Source: Octopus sinensis (taxonomy: Eukaryota). From it: a stretch of DNA of 64,000 bases. The translations under genes were made by a program, and so were the position numbers. This document shows positions 1 to 11,639 of this stretch, piece by piece. The stretch is taken from the NCBI RefSeq assembly GCF_006345805.1, contig NC_043000.1, positions 122,946,001 to 123,010,000 of the forward strand, read 5' to 3'. The stretch's first letter is position 1. The number at the start of each line of letters is the position of its first letter. The notes beneath the pieces are model-generated. The model saw only the letters and a program-made list of their open reading frames with translations. It ran no database searches and was not told where the DNA came from.

Positions 1-205
1 CTCTGCTGACAGAATTGTGAGCACGCCGGCCAAAATGCTTGGCGGCGTTTCGTCCATTTTTATGTTCTGAGTTCAAATTCCGCCCGGATCGACTTTGCCT
101 TTCATCCTTTCGGGGTCGATAAAATAAGTATCAGTTGATTACTAATGTCGATGTAATTGACTAGACCCTCCCCGCAAATTTCAGGCCTTGGCTTGAAAAT
201 ATCTT
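1..205 (+). mobile_element. Degenerate tRNA-derived SINE (older family C; shares its head with family B)
   Basis: B-box GAGTTCAAATTCC, then the central gtcgactttgcctttcatcctttcggggtcgataaaataagta block and the tail ccctccccgcaaatttcaggccttg. Related copies at about 19270-19470, 20054-20545, 22080-22430(-), 25400-25690(-), 37780-37930(-), 55440-55615 and 57000-57440(-). Confidence 0.75.
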
Positions 206-379
206 TCTCAAGACGTAGGCTATACATAACACAGCCGCTTTTGGGGCGTGTGTAATGCTGTGAGCCCGAATATGATTTGAATCTTTTTCCCCCTTTCATT
301 TCCCACATCTTGCTTATTTTAATATCAATATTCTTTTTGCTTTGTAGATTCTCCACTTTCGGCCAATGTTTTATTCATA

Positions 380-789
380 GGCGTAGGAGTGGTTGTATGG
401 TAAGCAGCTTGCTTACGAACGACATGGTTCCGGGTTCAGTCCCACTACGTGGCACCTTGGGCAAGTGTCTTCTACTATAGCCTCGGGCCGACCAAAGACT
501 TGTGAGTGAATTTAGTAGATGGAAACTGAAAAAAGCCCGTCGTATATATGTATGTATTCATATGTGTGTGTGTGTATGTTTGTGTGTCTGTGTTTGTCCC
601 CTTACATAGCTTCACAACCGATGCTGGTGTGTTTATGTCCCCGTAACTTAGCGGTTCGGCAAAAGAGAACCGATAGAATAAGTACTAGGCTTACAAAGTA
701 TAAGTCCTGGGGTCGATTTGCCCGACTAAAAGGCGGTGCTCCAGCATGGCCACAGTCAAATGACTGAAACAAGTAAAAGAGTAAAAGAG
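380..789 (+). mobile_element. tRNA-derived SINE family A (CORE-like block, internal TA/TG microsatellite, (GTAAAAGA)n tail)
   Basis: Head ggcgtaggagtggttgtatggtaag, B-box GGTTCAGTCCC, CORE-like gcaccttgggcaagtgtcttc and tail aagtaaaagagtaaaagag. At least 7 near-full copies occur in the window. Confidence 0.9.
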
Positions 790-1767
790 CAAGGGAATAA
801 GATATCTTTCCATTTGCTATATCAGAGTGGTTTGTTTTGTTAGTGTGCAAGAAATATCACATGGTTGTAACTATGTTATTGTCATATAACCATGTTTTGT
901 AGGTGTTTATCCTAAAACAAAATTAACAAGATTGTGCAAGTACACACAGTAAATCTGCAAACATTCACAAAACAGAAATATAATGAATTTGTAAATTGCA
1001 ATGAGTTTTCTTAGCGTATCAAGCCACAAAGTATTTGTAGAGATAGCCCTACTCAAAGAAAGAAAACGAAGAGAGATATGTTAGTAGAGACAGTGTCTTC
1101 TATACAAGAACATGCAATATGTTAACGTAATTTTGACATGAGAAGCTTTCGTATACCCTCGAAAGAACTGTTTAAGGATACCGTGATACAGACATAGAAT
1201 GTTGTGGTTTCTAACGACAGGGACAGTGCATATGGTAGTGTGTGTCCAGTCATTCAGATTGAAGAAGTGGCGAAGTGACAAGCCTAGTTGGTAGAGCATT
1301 CACTAGTCCTCAAACTCGTGTCGTAATATATGGTTTAACAGAAAGCAAGGATCACAGGCAGAGGTGTTCTTACTCTAAACCTAATATTCAGTTCATCGTC
1401 GTTTCGTAGCAAAACGTCGGTAAGATGTTAAGCAGGGTGATAACGATATGCTGTCGATATGAATGGGGGATAGATGAATATAGAATTAAAGAGCTGTGAC
1501 GTATCAACAATGCCGAAAGAAAAACCATGAGATTGGAGATGCAGGACAGAAAGCATAGCTGCTACACTTGTTTGCAACCAGAAGCACCTGGGGGCCTTGT
1601 GACCGAAGGAATCCTAGCTACAGAATAGAATATAGCAGCACCGACTACACGACAAGAACAGTTCACAAAAACCTCCTTTCTTAGGAAATCACTGTTCACA
1701 GACCGAAAACAGCAGGACAGATATTTCATCCTCCGTTTCATGCACAAATGAATCTAAGAAGACAGTA

Positions 1768-1918
<151 letters not shown>

Positions 1919-2017
1919 CTTCTTCATCACCATCATGTGTAGAATGGATCTAGTTATCAGTTAAGTCCATCGTGAATATCATCCCGTTGCAATTCTTTGG
2001 CTTGAAAGAAAGTCGCA

Positions 2018-2389
2018 CTAGTGACAGAGGTTCTTTAGAGAACCGTTGAACCAAATTGGAAAGGTCAAGTCATCATCGACTTCATCCTGACGTGTAGATT
2101 GCATGCGGCTATCAGCTGAGTCCATTGTGAAGGTTGTCTTGCTGTGATTCCTTTCCTCGTGAAGGTGGTCTTGGTGAAAGAGTTTGTATAGAAGACGAAA
2201 ACAAACGTTTTGAGGACAGATACTTTCTTCTTTTGCCAAATATTCATCAAATTCTTCAAGTTTCACTCGGAAAGGAAAATAGGGGCCGACAGGAAAGCGC
2301 TGCCTCCCATGAAATTTTTTGAAAGATAGATGAGAATGGAGAGCGTGGTCCGCGTGAACGGTCAGGAAGAGGACAGCTAGGGAGGCTGA
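2018..2389 (-). CDS. Candidate terminal coding exon, unidentified product
   Basis: 124 stop-free, non-repetitive codons (SASLAVLFLTVHADH...FPIWFNGSLKNLCH*) in a GC-richer island. There is no in-frame ATG at the start; possible acceptors are tgatcag or ctccctag. No homology recognised. Confidence 0.25.
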   Translation of the reverse strand, partial: SASLAVLFLTVHADHALHSHLSFKKFHGRQRFPVGPYFPFRVKLEEFDEYLAKEESICPQNVCFRLLYKLFHQDHLHEERNHSKTTFTMDSADSRMQSTRQDEVDDDLTFPIWFNGSLKNLCH

Positions 2390-2624
2390 TCACAGTTTGT
2401 GTTTGGTCTCCACGTGACACCTTTTTCATTGTTAACGAATTATTATTTTTTTTTATTTAATACCAAACTCTCTCGTCCTGTACTGTTCTTGATCCGTTTG
2501 TCAAAGTCCGTCGAAAATATAAAAAAAACATTATTCTTATCATTATAACTTTTATCATCGACTTCATCATCAGCTTCATCATCACAATTATTATCATTAT
2601 CACCACCACCATCACCATGACCAC

Positions 2625-2666
<42 letters not shown>

Positions 2667-3369
2667 TATCACCACCATCACCACCGTGAACAACTAAAGC
2701 AGCAGACGTAGCAGCAGCAGCAGTAGTAGTAGTAGTAGTAGTAATAGTAGTTTTGACTATTATTGAACCGTATGACAAAAAGTAATACCAAATAATAACC
2801 AAATAATAAACTTAAACTTAATACTAATTGACCAAACATGACACAAATACTACTACCACTACCACTACTACTATTACTACTAATATTACTACAACTACTA
2901 CTACAACTGCTACTACTACTAATACTATTAATACTATTACTACTATTACAACACCAACTACTAATACTACTATTATTACTACTACTACTGCTGCTAACTG
3001 AAAGTACGCGAATTAATAATTAATGAGACTAACATCAATCAAACCCCTCCCTCCATTTTCTCGCTCTATTCCTCCGATAGTTTCCTACGACTACTACGAT
3101 TTATTAATATTAGTATTACTATCACGGCTGCTCTTGCTACTACAGATGCCGCTGCCACTGTCGTGCTACACATGCAATTTCACTACCGTATCAAAAGTAA
3201 AACGCAGACATATTAATATATACATACATTCACACACACACACACATATGTATACATGCAATCATTTTAGCATATATGTCCATGTTCTGATATATATATA
3301 TATATATACATAACACCTTATATATACAATATAATATGTCATATATATATATATATATATATATATACA

Positions 3370-3773
3370 CTCTTTTACTTGTTTCAGTCATTTGACTGAG
3401 GCCATGCTGGAGCACCGCCTTTAGTCGAAGAAATCGACCCCAGGACTTATTCTTCGTAAGCCTAGTACTTATTTTATCGGGGCGTTTTGCCGGACCGCTA
3501 AGTTACGGAGACGTAAACACACCAGCATCGGTTGTCAAGCGAAGTTGGGGGACAAACACAGACACACAGTCATATGCACACATATATATATTTATATATA
3601 TACATATATATGACGGGCTTATTTCAGTTTCCTTCTACTAAATCCACTCACAAGGCATTAGTCGGCCCGATACTATAGTAGAAGACACTTGCCCAAGGTG
3701 CCACGCAGTGGGACTGAACCAGGGATCATGTGGTTAGTAAGCAAGCTACTTACCACACAGCCACTCCTGCGCC
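3370..3773 (-). mobile_element. SINE family A
   Basis: Reverse complement of the 380-789 element. Confidence 0.9.
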
Positions 3774-3892
3774 TATATATATATATTTATATAGCATTAT
3801 ATTGTATTATATATGCATACGCATATATAATACATATATGTGTGTATATGTGTGTGTGGGTGAGTGTGTTTGTGTGTGTATGATCATATATG

Positions 3893-3980
<88 letters not shown>

Positions 3981-3984
<4 letters not shown>

Positions 3985-4097
3985 ATCCAAACAAGAAAGC
4001 ACAAAAAAACACAACGCGAGGACGAGGAACAAATATAGTATTATTGGACGCTCAGGAAAGAAGGAAAGAAGGAGGGTTTAACGTTTCGAGCAGAGAC
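3981..4097 (-). mobile_element. Penelope-like terminal-repeat fragment with the 3' half of a hammerhead
   Basis: Minus strand reads tctGCTC-GAAA-CGTT-aaacc... The 116-bp unique insert has (TA)n on both sides. Confidence 0.5.
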
Positions 4098-4109
4098 ATA
4101 TATATACTG

Positions 4110-4204
<95 letters not shown>

Positions 4205-4239
4205 AGACACATGAACATATATATGTCTGTACACACCTG

Positions 4240-4306
<67 letters not shown>

Positions 4307-4708
4307 CATATATATATATACATATATGTAAGTATATATGATATATGTTTGTATTCATCTGCCTATATACACATGTACAAATGCATGTGTGTATGTACAC
4401 GAGTATGTGTATGCGCGTATATTCATGAATGTGTTTATGGGCTTGTAAATCTATATGTATATATGTTTGTCATTGTGTGTGTGTGTTCGAGTGCATGTAT
4501 GTGTGTGTGTATGTGCGTGTGTGTGTGTGCAAACATCAATGTAGTGTTGTCTGTGTTACTGCTGTATTCTCTTCCTTCCAATTCAATTAGTAAGATTCAC
4601 AACCATTAACAGTAGTTACAACTAGCAATAATACCGTCGCTACTCTTACTGCGCTTACCACAAATAATACTACTGTTCCACTACTACTACTACTACTACT
4701 ACTACTAT

Positions 4709-4740
<32 letters not shown>

Positions 4741-4799
4741 TTGCCACTGCTACTAATACTACAACAACTACTAGTACTACCACCGTAACCTGTACCAAA

Positions 4800-5018
4800 C
4801 TCCAACCATTACTATGATAACGGCATCAGTACCACCACTGCACTGGAGTTGTCATCATCATTGTCGTCATCATTGTCGTCATCGTAGTCGTTGCCGTCAT
4901 CGTTATGCTTGTCATCATCCGTCACCATGATCATCATCATGATCATCATCAACTACAATGACTGAAATCAAATGTCACCGCCAATGCCACCACCACCATC
5001 ACCATCACCATCACCATC

Positions 5019-5055
<37 letters not shown>

Positions 5056-5474
5056 TCATCATCATCATCATCATCGTCATTGTCATCATCATCGCCGTCA
5101 GTAACAAGAACATCTGTCAGAACTAACACTGCCACTACCACTATACATTCATCACTGGTAACACTTACGTTACGACCACTGCCACTGTCGACACAACCGC
5201 TACCACCACCTTCATCGTCATCATCAACATCATCCATCATCATCATCATCATCATCATCCACATCATCATCATCATCATCGTCATCATCATCCTAATCAT
5301 CACCACCACTTACATTTTCATCTTATCATTTTATGACACCTTTATTACGACCCTCGCTACCTTCACCACCAACAACATCACCATCATCTGTAGTGTAAAT
5401 ACTAGTAACATCACCACTACCACCACCATCAGTTTCACCATCAACATCATCATCATCATCATTATCATCATTAT

Positions 5475-5506
<32 letters not shown>

Positions 5507-5731
5507 GCAGCATCATCATCACCGCCACTTGCATTTTCATCTCATCACTTTGTGACACCTTTATTACGACCATCACTTCCATCACCACCACCACCACCAT
5601 CAACATCACCATCATCTGTAGCGTAAATTCTAGTAACATCACCACCACCACCATCAGTTTCACCATCAACATCACCATCATCAGCATCCTCATCATCATC
5701 ATCACCATCATCACCATCATCATCATCATCG

Positions 5732-5782
<51 letters not shown>

Positions 5783-5870
5783 CCACCACCACCAACATCA
5801 CCATCATCATCACCATCGTCACCATCATCATCATCATCATCATCATCATTATCATCACCTGCAACCAATG
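4800..5870. repeat. Compound (CAT/CAC/CGT)n low-complexity tract with an internal ~219-bp-period duplication
   Basis: Triplet-periodic S/I/T-coding repeats; 5305-5450 resembles 5524-5675. Confidence 0.9.
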
Positions 5871-5921
5871 CTACTATCGAGTGGAACCACCACTACAACG
5901 ACGATCACAAACCGTAACCAC

Positions 5922-6076
5922 AAGCAACATCATAGCAGCCAGCATCGCCATCACCTCCCCACCGCCCTTTCTACAACCGCCGCCATCGCTATCATGGCTA
6001 CTAGCTGCCACTCTATGAACATCAACCTTACTTCCGCCGTCGTCACAGCAATCCATTTTGTTTCTTCAGATGCAAT
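5922..6076 (+). repeat. 155-bp segment exactly duplicated at 6641-6795
   Basis: aagcaacatcatagcagcc...ttcttcagatgcaat is identical at both positions by eye. Confidence 0.95.
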
Positions 6077-6486
6077 CACGTGCATCTACCAGTCTAGAGA
6101 GAGAAGAAAGCGAGATGAAAAAAAAAGAGAGTGTAAGAGAAAGAAAGAGAGACAGAGAGAGAGAAAGAGAGAGAGAGAGAGATTGCATTATGCGTGCCAC
6201 AGGTTGCAACTGTAGGAAGAAGAAGAAAAGAACTTTCGAACGATTTTCGCCACCACCTCCACCACAAATAACATCAACATCAACAACAACAGCACCAGTA
6301 CTATTACTTGCACTTCGAATACTATGATGATGATGATGATGATAAAAATAATAATAAAAATGTTGGCATAGGGCCAGCAGCTTGGGATGGGGTGGATTAA
6401 ATCGAACCCAGTATTCAACTGGTATATTTTATCGACCCCGGAGTTTGAGCTCAAAACATAAAGGCGGACGAAATGTCGCTAAGCGT

Positions 6487-6506
6487 TAATAATAATGATA
6501 ATAATA

Positions 6507-6556
<50 letters not shown>

Positions 6557-6587
6557 TAATGATATAATAATAATAATAATAATAATA

Positions 6588-6640
<53 letters not shown>
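6487..6640. repeat. (AAT)n microsatellite upstream of a LINE insertion
   Basis: Direct reading. Confidence 0.95.
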
Positions 6641-6642
<2 letters not shown>

Positions 6643-6799
6643 GCAACATCATAGCAGCCAGCATCGCCATCACCTCCCCACCGCCCTTTCTACAACCGCC
6701 GCCATCGCTATCATGGCTACTAGCTGCCACTCTATGAACATCAACCTTACTTCCGCCGTCGTCACAGCAATCCATTTTGTTTCTTCAGATGCAATAATA

Positions 6800-8077
6800 A
6801 CTACAATATCCTTAACTGGACACGAAATGAACTGTCCAAAATAGATAGGAAAACAAGAAAAATACTGACAGGATCTAGGATGCATCACCCAAAATCTGAC
6901 ATAGAAAGACTATATATACAACGTATAGAAGGTGGTAGAGGCCTTATACAGCTGGAAAACTACTATAAAATAACCACCATAGGACTGCAAAAATACCTAC
7001 TTCAGAAGGAAAGAAAACTGATCCAGATAGCAGCAAAACACGAGCAAAACAAAAAACTGTTCTCAGTATTTAAGGAAGCTGACAAATACAAACAAGAAAT
7101 CATACCACCTAATAAACACAAAGAAGAAGAAGATGATGAAGAAACAACAAAAGCTATAAAACAAATGAAATCCAAACTAAAAATAGAACAGCAACGAGCC
7201 ATGATAAAACGATGGCAAGAAAAGCCCCTTCATGGTAAATACTGCACTAAACTAAACGCAAAAGAAATAGACAAAGAAAAATCCCAGCAATGGTTGAGAA
7301 GCTCAGGACTCAAAGCAGAAACAGAGGGATTTTTAATTGCAGCACAAGACCAAAGCCTCCCCACCAGAATTACCAAAAACATGTAATGAAAAGAAATATT
7401 ACAAGTAACTGCAGAATATGTGGAGATGGACAAGAAACAATAAATCATATTATCTCTAGCTGCCCAGTCCTGGCCAAGAAGGAATATATTCACAGACATG
7501 ACAGAGTTGGAACCTACATACATTGGAAGCTATGCCAACATTATGGAATAACAACAGAAAAAAGATGGTATAGGCACACACCAGAAAAGGTCACAGAAAA
7601 CGAGAAAGCAACCATACTCTGGGATATGCCGATACACACAGATAGAGAAATTAAGGCCAACAGACCAGATATAGTTGTCAGAGATCATGAAGAAAAAAAA
7701 TGCTTTCTAACTGATGTATCAATACCGGCAGATGACAACGTGTCTCTAAAAGAAATGGAGAAACTCTCAAAATACAAGACCTGGAAATAGAGGTAACTAG
7801 AATGTGGAATCTGAAAACAGAAACAATTCCTATCATAGTAGGTGCATTAGGCATGATAAAAAAATATTCAGACAAATACATAACAAAAACACCAGGACTT
7901 ACAAACACATATAACATACAGAAAATTGCACTACTAGGCACTGCACACATCCTACGCAGAACAATTCCATACAATAACCATCAGAGCATCACAACAAATC
8001 ACAGCACATACCCAAGGCACACAGAGCTGCGCTCGGTAGTGAAGTGAAAGCACGCTATAAAAATAAAAATAAAACTA

Positions 8078-8080
<3 letters not shown>
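6800..8080 (+). mobile_element. 5'-truncated R4/Dong-like RLE non-LTR retrotransposon (copy 1)
   Basis: Post-RT region GGRGLIQLE, CCHC knuckle CRICGDGQETINHIISSC, restriction-like endonuclease KANRPDIVVRD...FLTDVSIP and C-terminal IQKIALLGTAHILRR. Two 1-bp frameshifts lie in A runs (about 7370 and 7780). The 3' end abuts (AAT)n. Confidence 0.92.
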
Positions 8081-8148
<68 letters not shown>

Positions 8149-8170
8149 TAATAATAATAATAATAATAAT

Positions 8171-8314
8171 ACATTCTCTAGAACAATACTATGTACAAAA
8201 CCAAATATATGGCACCCTAGGCATAACACCAACATGAACTTCCAACTTGTCGCTTGAGGTCTCTTGGTGAGGCTTGGAGCCAACTTGTACAAATGTAAAG
8301 CGAAAGTCAAACAA
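8171..8314 (+). mobile_element. 3' UTR fragment of a second RLE LINE family, between (AAT)n tracts
   Basis: Highly similar to 23150-23283, which follows an RLE C-terminal coding fragment. Confidence 0.7.
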
Positions 8315-8380
<66 letters not shown>

Positions 8381-8382
<2 letters not shown>

Positions 8383-8567
8383 ATAACAAAAACACCAGGA
8401 CTTACAAACACATATAACATACAGAAAATTGCACTACTAGGCACTGCACACATCCTACGCAGAACAATTTCCATACAATAACCATCAGAGCATCACAACA
8501 AATCACAGCACATACCCAAGGCACACAGAGCTGCGCTCGGTAGTGAAGTGAAAGCACGCTATAAAAA
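8381..8567 (+). mobile_element. Short 3' fragment of the R4/Dong-like LINE
   Basis: Near-identical to 7878-8064; preceded by (AAT)n and fused to a SINE through an AAAT microhomology. Confidence 0.9.
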
Positions 8568-8944
8568 TGCTTAGCAGTATTTCGTCTTCCGCTACGTTCT
8601 GAGTTCAAATTCCACCGAGGTCGACTTTGCCTTTCATCCTTTCGGGGACCTTTAAATAAGTACCAGTTACGCACTGGGGTCGATATAATCGACTTAATCC
8701 GTTTGTCTGTCCTTGTTTGTCCCCTCTGTGTGCAGCCCCTTGTGGGTAGTAAAGAAATGGGTATTTCGTCTGCCGTTACGTTCTGAGTTGAAATTCCGCC
8801 GAGGTCGACTTTGCCTTTCATCCTTTCGGGGTCGATTAAATAAGTACCAGTTACGCACTGGGGTCGATATAATCGACTTAATCCGTTTGTCTGTCCGTGT
8901 TTGTCCTCTCTGTGTTTAGCCCCTTGTGGGCAGTAAAGAAATAG
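8565..8944 (+). mobile_element. SINE family B, tandem dimer (5'-truncated)
   Basis: Two units; the second (8761-8944, 184 bp) restarts at GTATTTCGTC right after gtaaagaaatgg. Confidence 0.92.
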
Positions 8945-9033
8945 GTTTTTAAGTTAAACCCTACATGTCCCTAGTTTTATACTGTCTCTATGTTTTGTAT
9001 TAAAAAAACGATTATTAAAATTATTATCATCAA

Positions 9034-9107
<74 letters not shown>

Positions 9108-9493
9108 CCATCGTTATTTTTAATTTTTAACACCATCATCATTGTTATTATTATTATTTATGTTAGGAAATATAAGTAGCATTATTTTCATTATTATTAT
9201 AAACGACAGTTTCTTAAATATTATTCCCAATCTGCAACATTTTGCTGTTAAAAAATGAAAATATTATTGCACCAATCTTAAAATAGAATTTTAAAAAGCA
9301 GAATAAAAACATATCGTTGATATAACTGTCATATCCCACCCGGAATTCAAAATGACTAGCAAATGCAGAAAGTCAATACAGAAAAGAACTGTAATTAGCA
9401 TAATAAGAATGTCTATTATTATATTCTGTGATGAAGTATTTGGTAAGGTAGGATTTCTGAACATGTACCTGTGTATGTCTGTATGTGTTCGAG

Positions 9494-9578
<85 letters not shown>

Positions 9579-9942
9579 CTGAAGGCGCACGAAGCATCAT
9601 TGAAGAAAATATATGTGTATATGTGTGTGTATTTAACACGTTCTTGTACACTCGGATGTCGAAAGAGCTTTCACTGCGAAAGTAGTCTCTGGAGAGAACT
9701 CTCCTTAAAGATAAGTGTCAAAACACGTCATTGGATTAGGAATGGCGTCATCCGATTGTAGGCTTCCAGTTAATTATTTCCGTATCGACTGAGTCTACGC
9801 GCATCACAAAATGTAGCATTTAATCTGATTATATATAAAATTAACTCTTTTTACGGGGCTGTGAAAGCTCTTCCCACGTTCAAATGTATACCAACGTGCT
9901 AAATATGAGTGTACAGAAATATACACACAAATACATACATAC

Positions 9943-10009
9943 ATACATACATACATACATACATACATACATACATACATACATACATACATACATGCAT
10001 ACATACATG

Positions 10010-10035
<26 letters not shown>
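9943..10035. repeat. (CATA)n microsatellite
   Basis: Direct reading. Confidence 0.95.
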
Positions 10036-10043
<8 letters not shown>

Positions 10044-10044
10044 T

Positions 10045-10091
<47 letters not shown>

Positions 10092-10335
10092 CATATATAT
10101 ATGCATATATACATGTAATTACACTGACATATATACATACGTATATACATATATATAAACATATAAACGTGTCTGAGTACGTATACACACACACGTACAC
10201 ACACATATACACATACATCCACGCATACGTATATATATATAGATATATATATATCATCGTGTGTAGGTATGTGACAGGGGCGTTGTTAATACTTTTAAAG
10301 GAAAAGGTTAAGAGAACTTTTTTGCCTTCGTCAAA

Positions 10336-10377
10336 CCGTGTGACGAAGGCGAAGAAGCCGGAACTTCGAAGTCACAG
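10336..10377 (+). ncRNA. Degenerate minimal type I hammerhead-like motif (Penelope-like repeat)
   Basis: ccgt-GTGACGA-A-GGC-gaagaa-GCC-G-GAA-CTTCGAAG-TC-acag. Stem III is palindromic and the cleavage triplet is GUC; defects are C3>G and one missing A. Confidence 0.5.
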
Positions 10378-10471
10378 TGAACCTCTTCTTTGTAAAAATC
10401 TTATATACATGAACTCAACTAAAAGTATTGAGTTATCCTAAAGTTTCATGTGAAATTAATATATGTATATA

Positions 10472-10627
10472 GGCGTTGCTGTGTGATATGAAGCTTGCTT
10501 CCCAACCACATGGTTCCGGGTTCAGTCCCACTGCGTGGCACTTTGGGCAAGTGTCTTCTACTATAGCCTCTGGCTAACCAAAGACCGTGTGAGTGGATTT
10601 GGTAGACGAAAAGTGAAAGAGAACCGT

Positions 10628-10678
<51 letters not shown>

Positions 10679-10858
10679 GTATGTATATGTGTGTGTCTGT
10701 GTTGGTTTTTTCCTTCCCACCATCGCTTTACAACTAATGTTGGTGTGTTTAGATTCGATGAATAAGAAATAGTCCTGGGTTGATTTGTTCTACTAAACGG
10801 TGCTCCAGCATGGCCGCAGTCAAATGACTTAAACAAGTAAAAGAATAAAAAAGCAAAA

Positions 10859-10860
<2 letters not shown>
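10472..10860 (+). mobile_element. SINE family A (internally deleted)
   Basis: Same head, CORE-like block and tail as 380-789. Confidence 0.85.
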
Positions 10861-10900
<40 letters not shown>

Positions 10901-11036
10901 TATGTATTCTTTTGCTTTTTATTCTTTTTTATATATATATTTAATCAATATAGGGTAGCAAAAAATTCAGCAGAAATTACTTGCCACCAGCGGTCTAGTG
11001 GGAAAAAGGAAATAGTCAAAGACTATTAATAAATTC

Positions 11037-11286
11037 AACAGCAAAATTAAGGAACGGCCATAATAGGCCGTTCAACTCACTAGAAATAGCAGCTAAGGCT
11101 TCAACCGCAAAAAAGTATTAATTCCGTAAACAAGGAGAAAATTTTTAAAAAAATTTAATAACAGGGTAAATGTTTTTTAAATTTTCTCCTTGTTTACGGA
11201 ATTAATACTTTTTTGCGGTTGAAGCCTTAGCTGCTATTTCTAGTGAGTTGAACGGCCTATTATGGCCGTTCCTTAATTTTGCTGTT
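11037..11286. repeat. Perfect inverted repeat, ~107-bp arms
   Basis: 11037-11143 is the exact reverse complement of about 11180-11286; the AT-rich centre is about 36 nt. Confidence 0.93.
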
Positions 11287-11329
<43 letters not shown>

Positions 11330-11491
11330 TTCACGTATATACTTATAGATATATGTGTAATCATAAATCTATATAATCATATATAGATATGAACATCTAT
11401 GATTACATATAATTACATACATATGTATATGTATATACGTGTATATACGTATACATGTGTGTGCTTTATACATACATACATCTGTGTGTGC

Positions 11492-11639
<148 letters not shown>

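Noticed and set aside
380-460. tRNA genes at SINE heads
   Set aside because: A/B boxes are present but there is no complete cloverleaf, and each continues into a SINE body.
1000-1750. Coding potential of the unique block
   Set aside because: All frames are broken by stops with no recognisable motif; at most UTR-like.
2443-2802. Asp-rich 119-aa ORF
   Set aside because: Built from (GAT)n and (ACT)n microsatellites.
4972-6018. 348-aa ORF (longest in the window)
   Set aside because: Translation of CAT/CAC/TCG triplet repeats, which lack stops by construction; the opposite strand gives poly-M/D ORFs.
8761-8944. Retrozyme interpretation of the tandem SINE units
   Set aside because: No CUGANGA/GAAA hammerhead core found on either strand of the 184-bp unit.
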